64,000 bases of DNA from an uncultured Planctomycetota bacterium (GCA_963845755.1 CAWJTV010000034.1:608001-672000), one strand, 5' to 3'; shown: positions 12,246 to 23,829, numbered from the stretch's first letter. The notes: a model not told the origin generated them from the letters alone. A program made the numbers and translations.

Positions 12246-13079
12246 ATGCTGACGAAGGATCCGGAGTTATTGGATTGGGATCCCGAAACGGACGTGCCTG
12301 CACTCGCGCCCGCCGAGGTTCGAGTCTGGGTCGTCGAACTCGATGCCGGTCAGGCGCCGGACGATGACCCGGATGCCGCCGAGCCCGGTCCGGAGCTGGC
12401 GATCCTCTCGGAGGACGAACGGGCTAGGGCCGCGCGGTTCGTCCGGGCGCGGGACCGGCGTCGGTTCGCACGCTGTCGCGCCGCGCTCAGGGAGATCCTC
12501 GGCCGTTTGCGGGACGAGCCAGCCAGCTCGCTGCGATTCCGGGCGGCGGCGGTGGGCAAACCGGGGCTGGATGATGGCCCGGGCGATCATCATCCCGCGC
12601 TGCGATTCAACGTCTCGCATTCGTCGCACCTGGCGCTCATCGCCGTCTGTATCGGGCGTGAGGTCGGAGTTGATATCGAGCGGATCCGGCCCATCTCGGA
12701 GGCGGTCCGGATCGTCGAGTCCTTCTTCACCGCGGCCGAGTTTGCTGAGTTCACGGCGATCGCCGAAGACGCCAGACTCATGGCCTTCCATCGGGGGTGG
12801 ACGCGGAAAGAGGCGGTTCTGAAGGGATTCGGGACGGGGATTTCCGGCCTGTCTGCGCGGCACGAGACGGGGTTCGGCTCGACTGCGCTGACGCCTCGGT
12901 TCACGCCCGCGTCTCCGTCGCCTCGAGTGGATCGGTGGATGCTGTGGGAAGCCGCGCCGCGGCCGGGATTCGTCGCCGCGCTGGCCGTTGATCAGGGGTG
13001 TGCCGCCGGACCGGAGCCAACCGGTGACCAGTCGCCGGCGCCGGATGGCTCGTTGCCCGCGCCGCCCGGGAGACCGTAG
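12246..13079 (+). CDS. 4'-phosphopantetheinyl transferase (Sfp family)
   Basis: GKP, FNVSHS, VGVDIE, WTRKEAVLKGFG motifs. Confidence 0.92.
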   Translation: MLTKDPELLDWDPETDVPALAPAEVRVWVVELDAGQAPDDDPDAAEPGPELAILSEDERARAARFVRARDRRRFARCRAALREILGRLRDEPASSLRFRAAAVGKPGLDDGPGDHHPALRFNVSHSSHLALIAVCIGREVGVDIERIRPISEAVRIVESFFTAAEFAEFTAIAEDARLMAFHRGWTRKEAVLKGFGTGISGLSARHETGFGSTALTPRFTPASPSPRVDRWMLWEAAPRPGFVAALAVDQGCAAGPEPTGDQSPAPDGSLPAPPGRP

Positions 13080-13186
13080 ACTAGACAGGACGGCCGCGAG
13101 GCGCGGCGCCCCTGCGGTCCTTGCGGATCGCTCGCACGCGCCGCCGGGCTGCCGAGACGTGGCCGGAAAGGCGGGTTCAGCGACCC

Positions 13187-14020
13187 ATGGAACTGGTCGT
13201 CCTCGGTCTGATCGTCCTGCTGCTGTACCTGTTCATCCGGCTGCTGACATCGTTCAGCGCCTGGATGAGTGGGGCGCGGTATCGGGCCTACCGTCATCTC
13301 GCCGTGCAACATCACGGCCGGTACGAGAGCCGGGGGCTGTCGGACCCACCCACCGTCAGCTTTAACCACAACGGGTCAACGATCCGGGTGGGCCTGGCGC
13401 CGACGGTGGCCGGTCAGCCGTCCCAGGTCCCTCGGACTCGCGTCGTTGCGCGATTCGGCCGCGGCATCCCGTTCCGGCTCGAGCTGGCTCCTGTCGCCCG
13501 CCCGGCCCCGCCTCAGGCGCCCCGGGGAACCCGGTTGGTCAAGCTCGGCGACGCGGCGTTCGACCGCGCCTTCGTCGCCCAGGCCAACGACCTGGAAATG
13601 GCCCGCGACTTCCTCGGCACTCGGGTGCGAGGCTCCGTCGGGAACTTGCAGCGAATGGTCCATCCCGGCGGGATGCTGGTTTCGATCAACCCCGAGCGGA
13701 TGCTCGTCCAGATCGACCGCAACCTCGGTCAGAGCGTTGAGGCGCTGGGCGCAGCGGTCAAGGAAGCCCTGGTCATTCACGATGGGCTGCTCGATGGCGT
13801 GTTGCGACGCATGAACCAGGGGATCGCGATCGTCGACCAGCCGGACGCCTGGGTCGAGGACACCGGCCCTCCCATCTGCAAGGTCTGCGGCGAGCCGATC
13901 CAGGCCTGCGCCGTCATCGTCTGTGCCTCTTGCAATACGCCTCATCACCGCGATTGCTGGGAATACGTCGGCGCCTGCTCGATCTACGGCTGCAACGGGA
14001 AAGTCGGTGTGACGGAGTAG
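13187..14020 (+). CDS. Membrane-anchored protein with C-terminal prokaryotic RING finger (Prok-RING_1-like)
   Basis: N-terminal TM helix; CKVCG...CASCNTPHHRDCWEYVGACSIYGC. Confidence 0.8.
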   Translation: MELVVLGLIVLLLYLFIRLLTSFSAWMSGARYRAYRHLAVQHHGRYESRGLSDPPTVSFNHNGSTIRVGLAPTVAGQPSQVPRTRVVARFGRGIPFRLELAPVARPAPPQAPRGTRLVKLGDAAFDRAFVAQANDLEMARDFLGTRVRGSVGNLQRMVHPGGMLVSINPERMLVQIDRNLGQSVEALGAAVKEALVIHDGLLDGVLRRMNQGIAIVDQPDAWVEDTGPPICKVCGEPIQACAVIVCASCNTPHHRDCWEYVGACSIYGCNGKVGVTE

Positions 14021-14085
14021 GACGTAGCGTCCGCTTTCGCGACGTATTTCACCGTGGTCTCCTCGTGGGAAATGGAGATATCCCC

Positions 14086-14502
14086 ATGAATTCGCCGCGA
14101 CGAAGCCGATTCGTCATTCTGTCGTTCGTACTGGCGTTCCTGTCGATCGCCCCAGCCGCGCCCGACGCGCCGCCCCAGCCCTCGCCGCTGGCCAATGCCC
14201 GGTACCAGTCGGCCCTCAAGCAGTACGAGATTGCCTGGTCCTATTATCAGCAGGCCCGGATCGACTCGTATCAGGTCTACGTCTGGTCGCGGCTGATTGT
14301 GGACTCGCGCCGCGACCAGAGCAGCAAGCCGGCCGACCGGATCGCCGCCCTGGAGGAGCACCTCGACCGGATGAAAAAGCTCGAGACTCTGATCATCAAG
14401 ATCCGACGTCTGGGTTTCGGACGGTCGTCCGACGTCGGCGCTTCGGAGTATTACCGCCTGGAGGCCGAGGTCTGGCTGGACCAGGCACGAAGCGGACGGT
14501 AG
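14086..14502 (+). CDS. Secreted helical hypothetical protein
   Basis: Signal-peptide-like N-terminus; GGAG ribosome-binding site upstream. Confidence 0.7.
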   Translation: MNSPRRSRFVILSFVLAFLSIAPAAPDAPPQPSPLANARYQSALKQYEIAWSYYQQARIDSYQVYVWSRLIVDSRRDQSSKPADRIAALEEHLDRMKKLETLIIKIRRLGFGRSSDVGASEYYRLEAEVWLDQARSGR

Positions 14503-14662
14503 TCGTTGGCAATGCGTGGCTGGCTGGAAAGACAGTTCTCGCGCTTGGTTCGCTTTCGAATCAGAGGGCGGATCTTCCGCCGAATGCCCATCTCACGGGA
14601 ATAATAACCCCTCGAGAAGGGGTCTCCAGGGATGAGCCCCAATCCTGGGTACCGAAAGCCTG

Positions 14663-14703
14663 TTGACACGGAACTTGCACGGCAGCGGGGCATGGAATCT
14701 GCA
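14663..14703 (+). promoter_or_regulatory. Possible sigma-54-type -24/-12 elements upstream of the PDZ gene
   Basis: GGGGCATGGAATCTGCA has GG-N10-GC spacing; the preceding TTGACACGGAACTTGCA is a near match. Confidence 0.25.
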
Positions 14704-14825
14704 TGACTATAAATAACCAAAGCAGGGATGCGCCGGAATCCGGCCGAGAAGGCGTCCCGATCGAGCTTCGCGGAGCAATGCTCCCCGTGTGGAACTGCGA
14801 ACGCAACCTTATCAAGGACATTCCA

Positions 14826-15773
14826 ATGTTTTCACCACTGCGGGGCGGAATCCGATTCCCCCTGACGGCCGTTGGCTTGGCCTTTGTTATCTGGGTCCCG
14901 TCCGGTTCGCTGGCCATGGCCCAAGGAGGAGGGGCCGGTGGCGCCGGTGGGGGAAGTGCCGGTGGCGGAGGGATCGGCGGCGGCCAGGCGGCCGGTGGTA
15001 TGGGTGGCATGGGTCACATGGGTGCCTTTGGTATGAGCGGTGCCAGTGCAGGCAATGTCGGTGGCTGGGGTGGTACGGGTGGCACGAACAACATGGGCGG
15101 CATCGGCAACGTGGCGGGCACAAGCGGCCTGAGCGGTTACGGTTACGGCTACGCCAATGGCGGTCCGGGCTATGGCAATCCGGGCTTGTCACCCGGCTAT
15201 CCGGGTGGTGGCGCCTACGGCTCGGGATACGGTGGTTACGGTTACGGCTCTCCCTATGGCGGCGGTGCTGCGATGGGTTATGGCTATCCGAATGCAGGCG
15301 GCGTCGGGCGGGCCTGGGGCGGCTGTGGCTCCCCGTACTATAGTGGCGCTCCGATGGGCTATGTCTATCCGTATTATGGTGGCTATGGGATGGGCTACGG
15401 CTATCCCAACACGACGGTGGCTTACACCGCGCCCACGGCGGGTTTCGGCTATTCATCGGCCTACGTGTCTCCGGCCACGGGAGCCACCAACGCGGTAGCC
15501 CGAGGCCATTATCTCGGAATCGACGAGGAGCCGGTGATCGACACCGGGGGCGTGCGTAGCATCAAGGTCGCCAAGGTCTATCCCGGCACCGCAGCGGAGC
15601 AGGCGGGTCTTCATGTCGGCGACGTGCTGCACTCGATCAATGGTTACCTTACTCAACAGCGCGGAAACCTGGCCTGGATCATTGCCAATGCGGCTCCCGA
15701 CAAGATCCTCAAGATGAACGTGCACACGGTGCGTGATGGCAAGGAGTACACCGTCACGGCCCGGGTTCCATGA
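14826..15773 (+). CDS. Secreted Gly/Tyr-rich low-complexity protein with a C-terminal PDZ domain
   Basis: Signal peptide, GYGYG repeats, YLGI...VYPGTAAEQAGLHVGDVLHSING. Confidence 0.8.
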   Translation: MFSPLRGGIRFPLTAVGLAFVIWVPSGSLAMAQGGGAGGAGGGSAGGGGIGGGQAAGGMGGMGHMGAFGMSGASAGNVGGWGGTGGTNNMGGIGNVAGTSGLSGYGYGYANGGPGYGNPGLSPGYPGGGAYGSGYGGYGYGSPYGGGAAMGYGYPNAGGVGRAWGGCGSPYYSGAPMGYVYPYYGGYGMGYGYPNTTVAYTAPTAGFGYSSAYVSPATGATNAVARGHYLGIDEEPVIDTGGVRSIKVAKVYPGTAAEQAGLHVGDVLHSINGYLTQQRGNLAWIIANAAPDKILKMNVHTVRDGKEYTVTARVP

Positions 15774-15923
15774 TCGGACGTCAGTATGACGTGGAGTCTG
15801 GGTTGGGAGTCCCCGGATCTGGCGGGAATCGAAACTGCCGAGACCAGTGAAGAAGGGGACAGGCGCCTCGCAGACTCGGAGGCAGTCCCCTCTCGTTTCA
15901 GGGTTCTACTCTTTCCGGGCGGT

Positions 15924-18283
15924 TCACTCCGGATCGCGCGGAGTATTGCTGTTGCGGCTGGGCGATTCGGCACCGCTTTGTTTGGGGCTCGACCGTGGAC
16001 GAGACTTGCGCTTTGGTGTCGGCGTCACGCCGGATTGCGAGCCGAGCCTTCGTTCCAGGGTCCGTGTCGCCTTTCGGGCGGCCGCCTTGAGACGCGAATC
16101 GGGGCTCTGTTGGGCGTCGCGTAGTTCGGGTAGGCATTTCTCGGTACCGACGGTTTCTAGCATCAGGCAGGCCAAGGTGCGCGCCTGATCGGAGCCGTTC
16201 TCCAGGAGCTTCAGCAGGGCCGGCTCCGCCGCGGGCCCGTAGTTTCGAACGGCCGTCCGAACCTCCCTCTCCAACGGGCGTTCCTCGACCAGGGCAACGA
16301 TTTTGTCGATGACCTCCAGGTCCTTGGCCTTGCTCAGTGCCTTGATCGCCGCGGAACGCACGGAGGAGTTCTGGTTGTCGAGGAGCGCGCGGAGCGCGTG
16401 AAGGTCGCTCGGCCTGGCCCAGACGCCCAGCACGCCGAGGGCGTTCTCCCGAACGGAGGCGTTTGGATCGGCGAACAGGCTCATCATCGTCAACACCACG
16501 GCTTTCTGGAAGTTCGGATCCACCGGTTCCTTCGCGAGTTTCTGGAGCGCGCTGATGCGCGTTGAGGAATCGCCCTCCTTGGCCGTCTTCAAGGCCCGCG
16601 GGATCGTCTCGCTACGGGCGAGGTCGCGGCCGTGGATGATGGCGTCGGCGATGGCTTTTCGCGTCTTGGGGTCGGCCTCGTTCTGGAGTCGATCGAGAGC
16701 TTCCTGAACGTGTTTCTTGACAAAGGGATTGTCCGACCAGATCTCCATGGTCAGTGCGGGGAGGTTATCGATCGTCGCCCATTTCACGAGGGCGCGCACG
16801 GCCGCGGTGGGTTCCCTCAGCTCGTCCCTGGGCTGCGTCAGCATCAATTCCAGGGCCTTGGCGATCTCCGCCCGGAGCGGTTCATCGGCAGTCGGGCCGA
16901 TACCGGCCAGCAGGGCAGCGGCCTGCATCCGGCTAAATGTCGTATTACCCCGAAGTCCTTCGAGAGCGGAGACCACGATGTGAGATGATGCTCTCGCGGG
17001 GGCAGGAGCTTCCGGAGGGGCAAGCGCAGTGGGCGCGTCTTCCTTCGTGGCGAAGGGTGCCATCGGCGTAACCGCCGGGGGCGTAATCACACGGGCGCGG
17101 CGCCCTTGGTCGCGGCGAGGTTGACCGGCCGGTTCACGCCCCGGGACTGGAGCTGCATCTGTGCCCGTTCGCGAGCTTTTTCGATCGCTGGCAGCAACAT
17201 CGCAATCATCGCGCCGACCAGGGCGGCCGGAGCGACGAGCCCGAAAATCATCAGCGCCCACGCCGCGAGCGGAGTCTTCGGAACGGTCCGCTCGGCCATC
17301 GGAATGCCGATCGCCTCGGAGTAAGGGTCTTCGACCACGGTCGTGCGCGGCTTCGCGCCGGGTGCGAACGACCGCCGGTACTGCGCCGTGATCGTCAGGA
17401 CGAACCAGGGGACCGTGACCAGTAAACCGAGGAACACGAACAGCATTCCCGAGCCGGCGATCACCGCGATGGCGATGTAGAAGAGCACGCCCGTTAACCA
17501 CTCGCGCCGGAGCGTGCGGAAGCTCGTTGACAAGGCCGCGACCGCTCCCATCCGGCCGTCTACGATCAGGTGCAACGTGAACATCGACAGCGCCGCGACG
17601 ATCAGTCCAGGGACGATCAGGAAAACACCGCCGATCATCGTCAGGATGTTAACAAGGATCATCCCTTTGAACACTCGTACCGCATTTCCCGGCCCTCCGA
17701 GAGCGAACATGTCGCCGATCCCGATCTCGCGGCCATCGATCTGCTTCAAAGCCATTCGGATGAGGCCCGCGCCCAACCAGCCCTGTATTCCCACGTTGAG
17801 CAGGAAAAATACCGGCATCACGAATGGGAACGGGTGCGGTCCAAGGAGGTACACTTCCGCGAGGTACAACCCGACCATCAGCGCCTGGAGGAAGATTCCC
17901 ACGCCGGCGATCAGCACGAACATCACGAAGGTGGCGAGCACCCAGGTGACGAACTCCGATCGCAGCAATTGCCATCCTAATCCAATGGCACCATACGAGA
18001 GGACTCGGCCGGATGGCCCGTCGGGCACATTCAGATCCTCCTCCCAAACGTCCTCGTGGTCGCTGCTGGGCTTCGAGTTGAGAACCGCCACCGGCATCGG
18101 TGGTGGCACGGATCGGGAGTCGCTCTTGTGGACCGTATCCGCCAGCGGATTTGCCGGGGACCCCGACGGGACCACCACGGCGGTTCCGCACCACGGACAC
18201 TTCCCAGGGCGTCCCGCGGAGTCGTCCGTCACGGTCAGGTTCTTGGCGCAGGACTCGTTCGGGCAACGGAATCGGATTGACAT
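15924..18283 (-). CDS. Zinc-ribbon / membrane domain / HEAT-repeat protein (frameshift near 17100)
   Basis: MSIRFRCPNESC...CPWCG, multi-TM middle (ORF 17087..18388), HEAT repeats (DPNASVRENALGVLG) in ORF 15924..17501. Confidence 0.7.
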
Positions 18284-18860
18284 CGTTGTCTCGTCCAGAA
18301 GGAAGACCTTGGGGTGGTCGCTCGAATCATCGCTTGCTATCGTAAATCCGAGCATTGAGGAAGACCGCTGCCAGATGAAGCGGTTCATGTCGATAATCTA
18401 GAACTCGCTCGGCCCGGAGGGGCGTCCCACGGTCCAGCCTCGGTGCGGAGTATCACCGTTAGTGTGCCGAGTTCCCGGCTCAGCAAACGTAAATGGAGTC
18501 CGCTGTATCGGTCGGGGCCATCCACCGATCGAATTGGCCCTCGCGATGATCTGGGCGTTCATGATCGCCATGTGCGCAGGTGGGTCGAACCTCGAACGCC
18601 CCTGATATCGTTCGGAAAGATCGAGGCAACCCAGGCGCGAAGGACGACCGTCTCCTCGGTCAAACCCGTCTTCGGGTCTCTGCCGGCGGGTTCTCGTACG
18701 GCAATCCCACGTACTCCGAAAAGAGTGGGTTCGGCAGCGCGACACATCGGCCTTCAGCTCTGTACTTGAGGCTCTCCGGGACGTTCCGCTCTTGACGCCG
18801 CTCGCGTAATCGGGATGTTACCAAGAAGGAGATCTTCGAATGCGGGGAGTCACGCGCACC

Positions 18861-20246
18861 ATGAACACATGGCTGAAGAATCTGGGGCTGGACCGTCCGG
18901 AGCTCCGGGCCTGGGCGATGTACGACTGGGCGAACTCGGCGATGGTATGCACGATCATCACGGCCGTATTCCCCATTTATTATTCGAGTGTGGCTTGCGG
19001 CGGGGTGATGAAGGAAGAGGGGGCGACGCGCTGGTACGCCATCGCGACGACCGTCGGGATGGTCATCATCGCCGTGATCTCGCCGCTGCTGGGTACCATG
19101 GCCGATTTCAACGGCCGGAAGAAACGGATGCTCGGCGGGTTTCTGACGCTCGGGGTCGGATCGGTCGCCGCGATGTTCTTTATCTACAAGGGCAACTGGA
19201 TCCTGGCCTCGATCCTCTTCATCCTGGCCAACATCGGAGCCAATGGCAGCTTCGTCTTCTACGATGCGCTGTTACCCCACATCGCTCGCAAGGATGAGGT
19301 CAACCGAGTCTCGACAGCCGGCTACGCCCTGGGCTACCTCGGCGGCGGCGTGCTGCTCGCAATGAACCTGGCCTGGATCCAGAAGCCGGAGTGGTTCGGG
19401 CTGCCGTCAGGGGAGAATCTGACGATGGCCCAGGCCACGCTCCCCGCGCGGCTGTCGTTCGTGTCGGTGGCGATCTGGTGGCTGGTCTTCTCGATCCCGC
19501 TGTTCCGTCGCGTGCCGGAGCCCAGGGCGACCGGGTTGCCCGTCGGGTACGAAGCCGAGGCCGGTTCGTCGCTCCCGATCCGAGCGGCCGTCGCCCGGTT
19601 GGGCGAGACGTTTCGAGCCCTACGCCGTTATCGCCAGGCGTTCGTCATGCTTCTGGCCTTCCTGATCTTCAACGACGGCATCGGCACGATCATGCGGATG
19701 GCGACCATCTACGCGACCGAGCTCAAGATCGATCAGGGGATCACGATCGCCTCGATCCTGATCGTGCAGTTCGTCGGCATCCCGTTTGCTTTCCTCTTCG
19801 GGATGCTGGCCGGCCGGATCGGCGCCAAGCTCTCGATCGCGCTGGGGCTACTGGTCTACGTGGGGATCTGCGTTTTCGGCTACTTCATGACCAATGGTAC
19901 GCATTTCCTGATCCTGGCCATCCTGGTCGGAACCGTGCAGGGAGGAACCCAGGCCCTGAGCCGCTCTCTCTTCGCCACGTTGATCCCGCGCGACAAGTCG
20001 GGCGAGTTCTTCGGATTCTTCGGCGTCGCCGAGAAATTCGCCGGGATCTTCGGGCCGGCCATCTTCGCCGTGATCAACTTCCTGAGCGGCTCCAGCCGCG
20101 GCGCGATCATCTCGGTCATCGCGTTCTTCATCGTCGGCGGCGGATTGCTCGCGATGGTTGATGTCCCGGAGGGTCAGCGAATCGCTCGCGAGGAAGAGGA
20201 TCATACCGACCACACACGGACGGCACTCGACCTCGAATCGAGCTGA
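18861..20246 (+). CDS. MFS transporter, UMF1/Atg22/YxiO family
   Basis: WAMYDWANS, FYDALLP, GYALGYLGG, GGTQALSRS, EFFGFF. Confidence 0.92.
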   Translation: MNTWLKNLGLDRPELRAWAMYDWANSAMVCTIITAVFPIYYSSVACGGVMKEEGATRWYAIATTVGMVIIAVISPLLGTMADFNGRKKRMLGGFLTLGVGSVAAMFFIYKGNWILASILFILANIGANGSFVFYDALLPHIARKDEVNRVSTAGYALGYLGGGVLLAMNLAWIQKPEWFGLPSGENLTMAQATLPARLSFVSVAIWWLVFSIPLFRRVPEPRATGLPVGYEAEAGSSLPIRAAVARLGETFRALRRYRQAFVMLLAFLIFNDGIGTIMRMATIYATELKIDQGITIASILIVQFVGIPFAFLFGMLAGRIGAKLSIALGLLVYVGICVFGYFMTNGTHFLILAILVGTVQGGTQALSRSLFATLIPRDKSGEFFGFFGVAEKFAGIFGPAIFAVINFLSGSSRGAIISVIAFFIVGGGLLAMVDVPEGQRIAREEEDHTDHTRTALDLESS

Positions 20247-20264
20247 CCGCCGTGCCGCCGTCTC

Positions 20265-21081
20265 TCATAATTCCTGTTCGGGACTGGCTGGTGTCCGCTT
20301 CACCCAGTGGGCCACGCTGATCGCCCACGACGCACCAGGTAGAGCACGGGGTAGCTCAACGAAGCCCAGGTCCCCCACAGCGTGGCCGCATCCCGTTGTG
20401 ATGCCGAGTCCGGTAGATTGTAGATCATCCAGACCAATGAGAAGGTCCAGGGGATGCCGAGGATCGACATGAACCGGTTGAACTTGCCCGGCAATGAGGG
20501 GTACAGGTAGCGGGACGGTACGAATGTGAGCAGGGCCAGCACGACGACGACCGCCAGCGAGACCCAGCTCCCGAACGGCAGTGCGTAGAGATACACGGCC
20601 ACCACGTTCCAGAGCGACGGGAAGCCGAGGAAATAGCCGTCGTCGGTCTTGGCCTGGACCTGGCAGAAGCCATAGGCACTGGCCACTAATGGGAGGAAGA
20701 GCCAGGCTTCATATCCGGCTGGCAGGATCCCCGCGCGATAGATCAGCATCAAGGGAAGGAACGTGTAGGTCAGGAAATCGATGATATCGTCCAGGCGGCG
20801 GCCATCGAAGCTGGGAACGGCCTCCTTGATCCGGACCCGCCGCGCCAGTGTGCCGTCGGTCGCGTCGACGACCGTGGCGATCACCATCAGCAAGAACGAC
20901 CCGCGAAACGCACCGGTCCTCCGTGGATGAGCAACACCGCGATCATCCCGGCGAGGATCAGTCCCAGCCCTGTGTAGGCGTGGACGCACCAACCCTGGAC
21001 CCGTTGGAGCAGCCCCGGCGCACGCCACTCGCGCTTCGGTTTCGCCACTTTCCGACGTCTACGTACTTGCAACTTGACCAT
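20265..21081 (-). CDS. pcs: Phosphatidylcholine synthase-like CDP-alcohol phosphatidyltransferase (frameshifts near 20915 and 20337)
   Basis: VHAYTGLG, DATDGTLARRVRIKE...DGRRLDDIIDFLTY, KTDDGYFLGFPSLWN follow the Pcs subfamily pattern. Confidence 0.8.
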
Positions 21082-21187
21082 CGAAGCCTCCTGGGGTACG
21101 CCCCGGCAGGATGAACGATGACTCAACCCGGTCTGACTCAACCTTCATCGTTCCCATCCCATCCCTGCCCCATGCAGGGTGAGGGAC

Positions 21188-22753
21188 CTACGACCTACGA
21201 CCTACTGGCCAAGCATGCTCCACCAATATCCCCGACTTCCTGCGCTGCACCAACTGATAGTAAACCGCGCCAGCGGCGAGCAAGACCAGGGTTGACAAGG
21301 GGGCGGCGAAACGGCCCAAGGGGTCCGGTCCGTAAATCTCGGCCCGCGGCCAACTGATATTCAGGACAACGAAGATGCCCCAGGCGACCGCGAAGGCGTT
21401 GACCGGCAGGCCGAGCCGACCAATCGAGAAGAGACCAGAACGATCGGCGACGGCCTCGACCTGGATGACCGAGCGACGGTCTGCGTGCGGTCCACTTCGA
21501 CGGAACCGCGCGAGCAACATCGGGAAGGTCACCAGCAGGTACGCCAGGTTCACCCAGACGATGGCGACCGAGCAGAGAGTCTCGATGACCCGCGGCAAGT
21601 TGATGTTCACGATCAACAGCGCGGCCGCCAGTCCGCCGATCAGGATCGGCGGCAGGATCGGGGCCTGCGTCCGCTCGGGCACGTGGCCGAGCAACCGCGC
21701 AAACGGGAGATTGTTGTCCCGAGCCATCGCGAAGACCAACCGGACCGTCCCGGCGTGGACGGCGAGCACGCAGACGAACACGGCGAGGATGACGTCGGCC
21801 AGGAACAAGGTGCCGATACCGGAGCCCAGTACATCCTTGATCAGGAAGGAAAGGCCGCCCGAGATCCGGCCGAGTTCAGGGAGGGTCGGGTCGCTCACCG
21901 CGAGGATGCTGAAAAGGATCAGCAACCCACCGGTCACGGTGGCGGCGCTGAGTGCCAGGAGGATCGCCCGAGGCGCACGGCGACGCGGCTGCCCGGTCTC
22001 CTCGGCCAGGGTACCAGCGGTGTCAAATCCATAGAGGACGTAAGATGCCATCAGTGCCGCTGCCAGGAATGACCCAATATAGCCGAGCGGTTGCCCGCTA
22101 CCCCGCCCCTGCGTGTCGAACAAGACGATCGGTCCACGAACGGCCCGCGCAGCCAGCAGGCCGATCAGCAAGACCACCCCAACCAGCTCGGCGGCGACCC
22201 CGACGTTGTTGATGCGCGCCATGAGCCGCACGCCGGCCACATTGATAACGGTGGTCGCTGCGATCAACACGCAGCCGAGTATCACCGCGTTGCGGGCGGT
22301 GTCCGAGAGGTTCGACGAGTCACCGATCAATTGGAACACCGGTGAGATCTGCGGGAGCGTGGCCTGCGGCGCCAGGGCGACCGCCGATAGCGAGATCACT
22401 GAGCCGCACAAATAGACCCAACCGGCCATCCAACCGACGGCGCGGCCGCCGGTCCGCCGAGACCACTGGTAGATCCCCCCCGACAGCGGATATTGCGCCG
22501 AGAGCTCGGCGAAGCACAACGCCACGGTCAGTTGCCCCAGGAACACGGCCGGCCAGGTCCAGAAGAAGGCGGGACCCCCGGCCCCATAGCCCACGTAGAA
22601 CATCTGGAACACGCCGGTCAGGATCGAGATATACGAGAACCCTGCGGCGAACGCGGAAAAGCTGCCGAGCGTCCGGTCGAGCACCGGCTTGTAGCCGAAG
22701 GACGCCAGATCCCGACTATCATCCGGGAAGGATGAAGGATCAACGTTTTCCAT
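21188..22753 (-). CDS. APC-family amino acid/amine permease
   Basis: FGYKPVLDRTLGSFSAFAAGFSYIS, FAELSAQYPLSGGIYQW, GFDTAGTLAEET; about 12 TMs. Confidence 0.9.
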   Translation of the reverse strand: MENVDPSSFPDDSRDLASFGYKPVLDRTLGSFSAFAAGFSYISILTGVFQMFYVGYGAGGPAFFWTWPAVFLGQLTVALCFAELSAQYPLSGGIYQWSRRTGGRAVGWMAGWVYLCGSVISLSAVALAPQATLPQISPVFQLIGDSSNLSDTARNAVILGCVLIAATTVINVAGVRLMARINNVGVAAELVGVVLLIGLLAARAVRGPIVLFDTQGRGSGQPLGYIGSFLAAALMASYVLYGFDTAGTLAEETGQPRRRAPRAILLALSAATVTGGLLILFSILAVSDPTLPELGRISGGLSFLIKDVLGSGIGTLFLADVILAVFVCVLAVHAGTVRLVFAMARDNNLPFARLLGHVPERTQAPILPPILIGGLAAALLIVNINLPRVIETLCSVAIVWVNLAYLLVTFPMLLARFRRSGPHADRRSVIQVEAVADRSGLFSIGRLGLPVNAFAVAWGIFVVLNISWPRAEIYGPDPLGRFAAPLSTLVLLAAGAVYYQLVQRRKSGILVEHAWPVGRRS

Positions 22754-22838
22754 CCTTCAGCCCTCGGCCTTCGGCGTTCCGAAGACGCTTTTAGCGATCC
22801 GAAGACACGTTCAGCCTTTGTCCCCTCTCATTCATCCT

Positions 22839-23672
22839 TCAGCCCTCATCCTTCGGCCTTCCCGAGGGAGCGGAGCGAGCGAGGTAGATGCCCCATTTCA
22901 TATCGACGGCCTGGCAGAAGCCGACCTTCATCGCCCAACGCTCGACGAGGTAATTCAGGTCGGCCTCCGAGAACGACGCGAGGAACTCGGCGCGGTGATT
23001 GGTCAGTCGGTCCATCTCGGCCTGAAGGATCTCGACGAATTTGGCGGTGGCGTCGTCAACAACAACATCCACGAATCCGGCAGCGCGGAGTCGTTCGCCG
23101 TATTGCTCGGGCTCGATCACGCTGTAGCCGGTCTTCTCGATGTAGCGCTCGAATTCCGCCGAGCCGGGCGACTTGCCGCGCACGTAATCGGTGATCGCCA
23201 GCCGGCCGCCGGGGGCCATGAGCTGATAAAGCCGGGAGAATAGTCGATCTTTATCGGGGATGTGCATGAAGGCGTCCCGGCTCCAGATGACATCGAACGG
23301 CTCGGAGAACGTCGTCTCGAGCACGTCGCCGAGCAGGAAGTTCACCGAGTCACCCATCCCGAGTCGCGCGGTCTGCTCGACGGCGATGGCGACCATTTCC
23401 TCGGCGAGGTCGATCCCCGTGACCTTCGCCCCATAGGCACGGGCCACGTGGAACGCGGCACCGCCGATCCCGCTGCCCACGTCGAGCACGCGCGCCCCCG
23501 GCCGAAGTGCCGAGCCCAGCCGGGCGCAGAGGTCCTCGGTCGTCGCGTGGCCGCCGGTGCTGATGTATCCCTCACCGAAGATCTTCTCGTATCTCAGGAT
23601 CGAGGTACGGCTGTACTGTCCATTGTTGTCGAACTTCGAACTGGCCGTCGGGGCGGTTTGGAGCGTCGTCAT
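22839..23672 (-). CDS. SAM-dependent methyltransferase, phosphoethanolamine N-methyltransferase (PMT/PEAMT)-like
   Basis: QYSRTSILRYEKIFGEGYISTGG, VLDVGSGIGG, WSRDAFMHIPDK, PGGRLAITDY, W..K......MKWG; recalled resemblance to plant PEAMT C-domain and Plasmodium/nematode PMT. Confidence 0.82.
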   Translation of the reverse strand: MTTLQTAPTASSKFDNNGQYSRTSILRYEKIFGEGYISTGGHATTEDLCARLGSALRPGARVLDVGSGIGGAAFHVARAYGAKVTGIDLAEEMVAIAVEQTARLGMGDSVNFLLGDVLETTFSEPFDVIWSRDAFMHIPDKDRLFSRLYQLMAPGGRLAITDYVRGKSPGSAEFERYIEKTGYSVIEPEQYGERLRAAGFVDVVVDDATAKFVEILQAEMDRLTNHRAEFLASFSEADLNYLVERWAMKVGFCQAVDMKWGIYLARSAPSGRPKDEG

Positions 23673-23829
23673 GGGATGCCTGAATTCCGAGGTTTCCGTC
23701 CACTCCCGGCACAGCGGCCGGGAGAAACTCGCTAAAGCGAATATTATGCGAAGGTTACGCGAAGAATGTAAAGACCGCGTTCGCCGGCCGCATCCCCTGA
23801 TAGGGAGACCGAGCAGACTGACCGCGGCA

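Noticed and set aside
12246..13079. NRPS/PKS biosynthetic cluster
   Set aside because: The PPTase stands alone; no carrier-protein or synthase genes nearby
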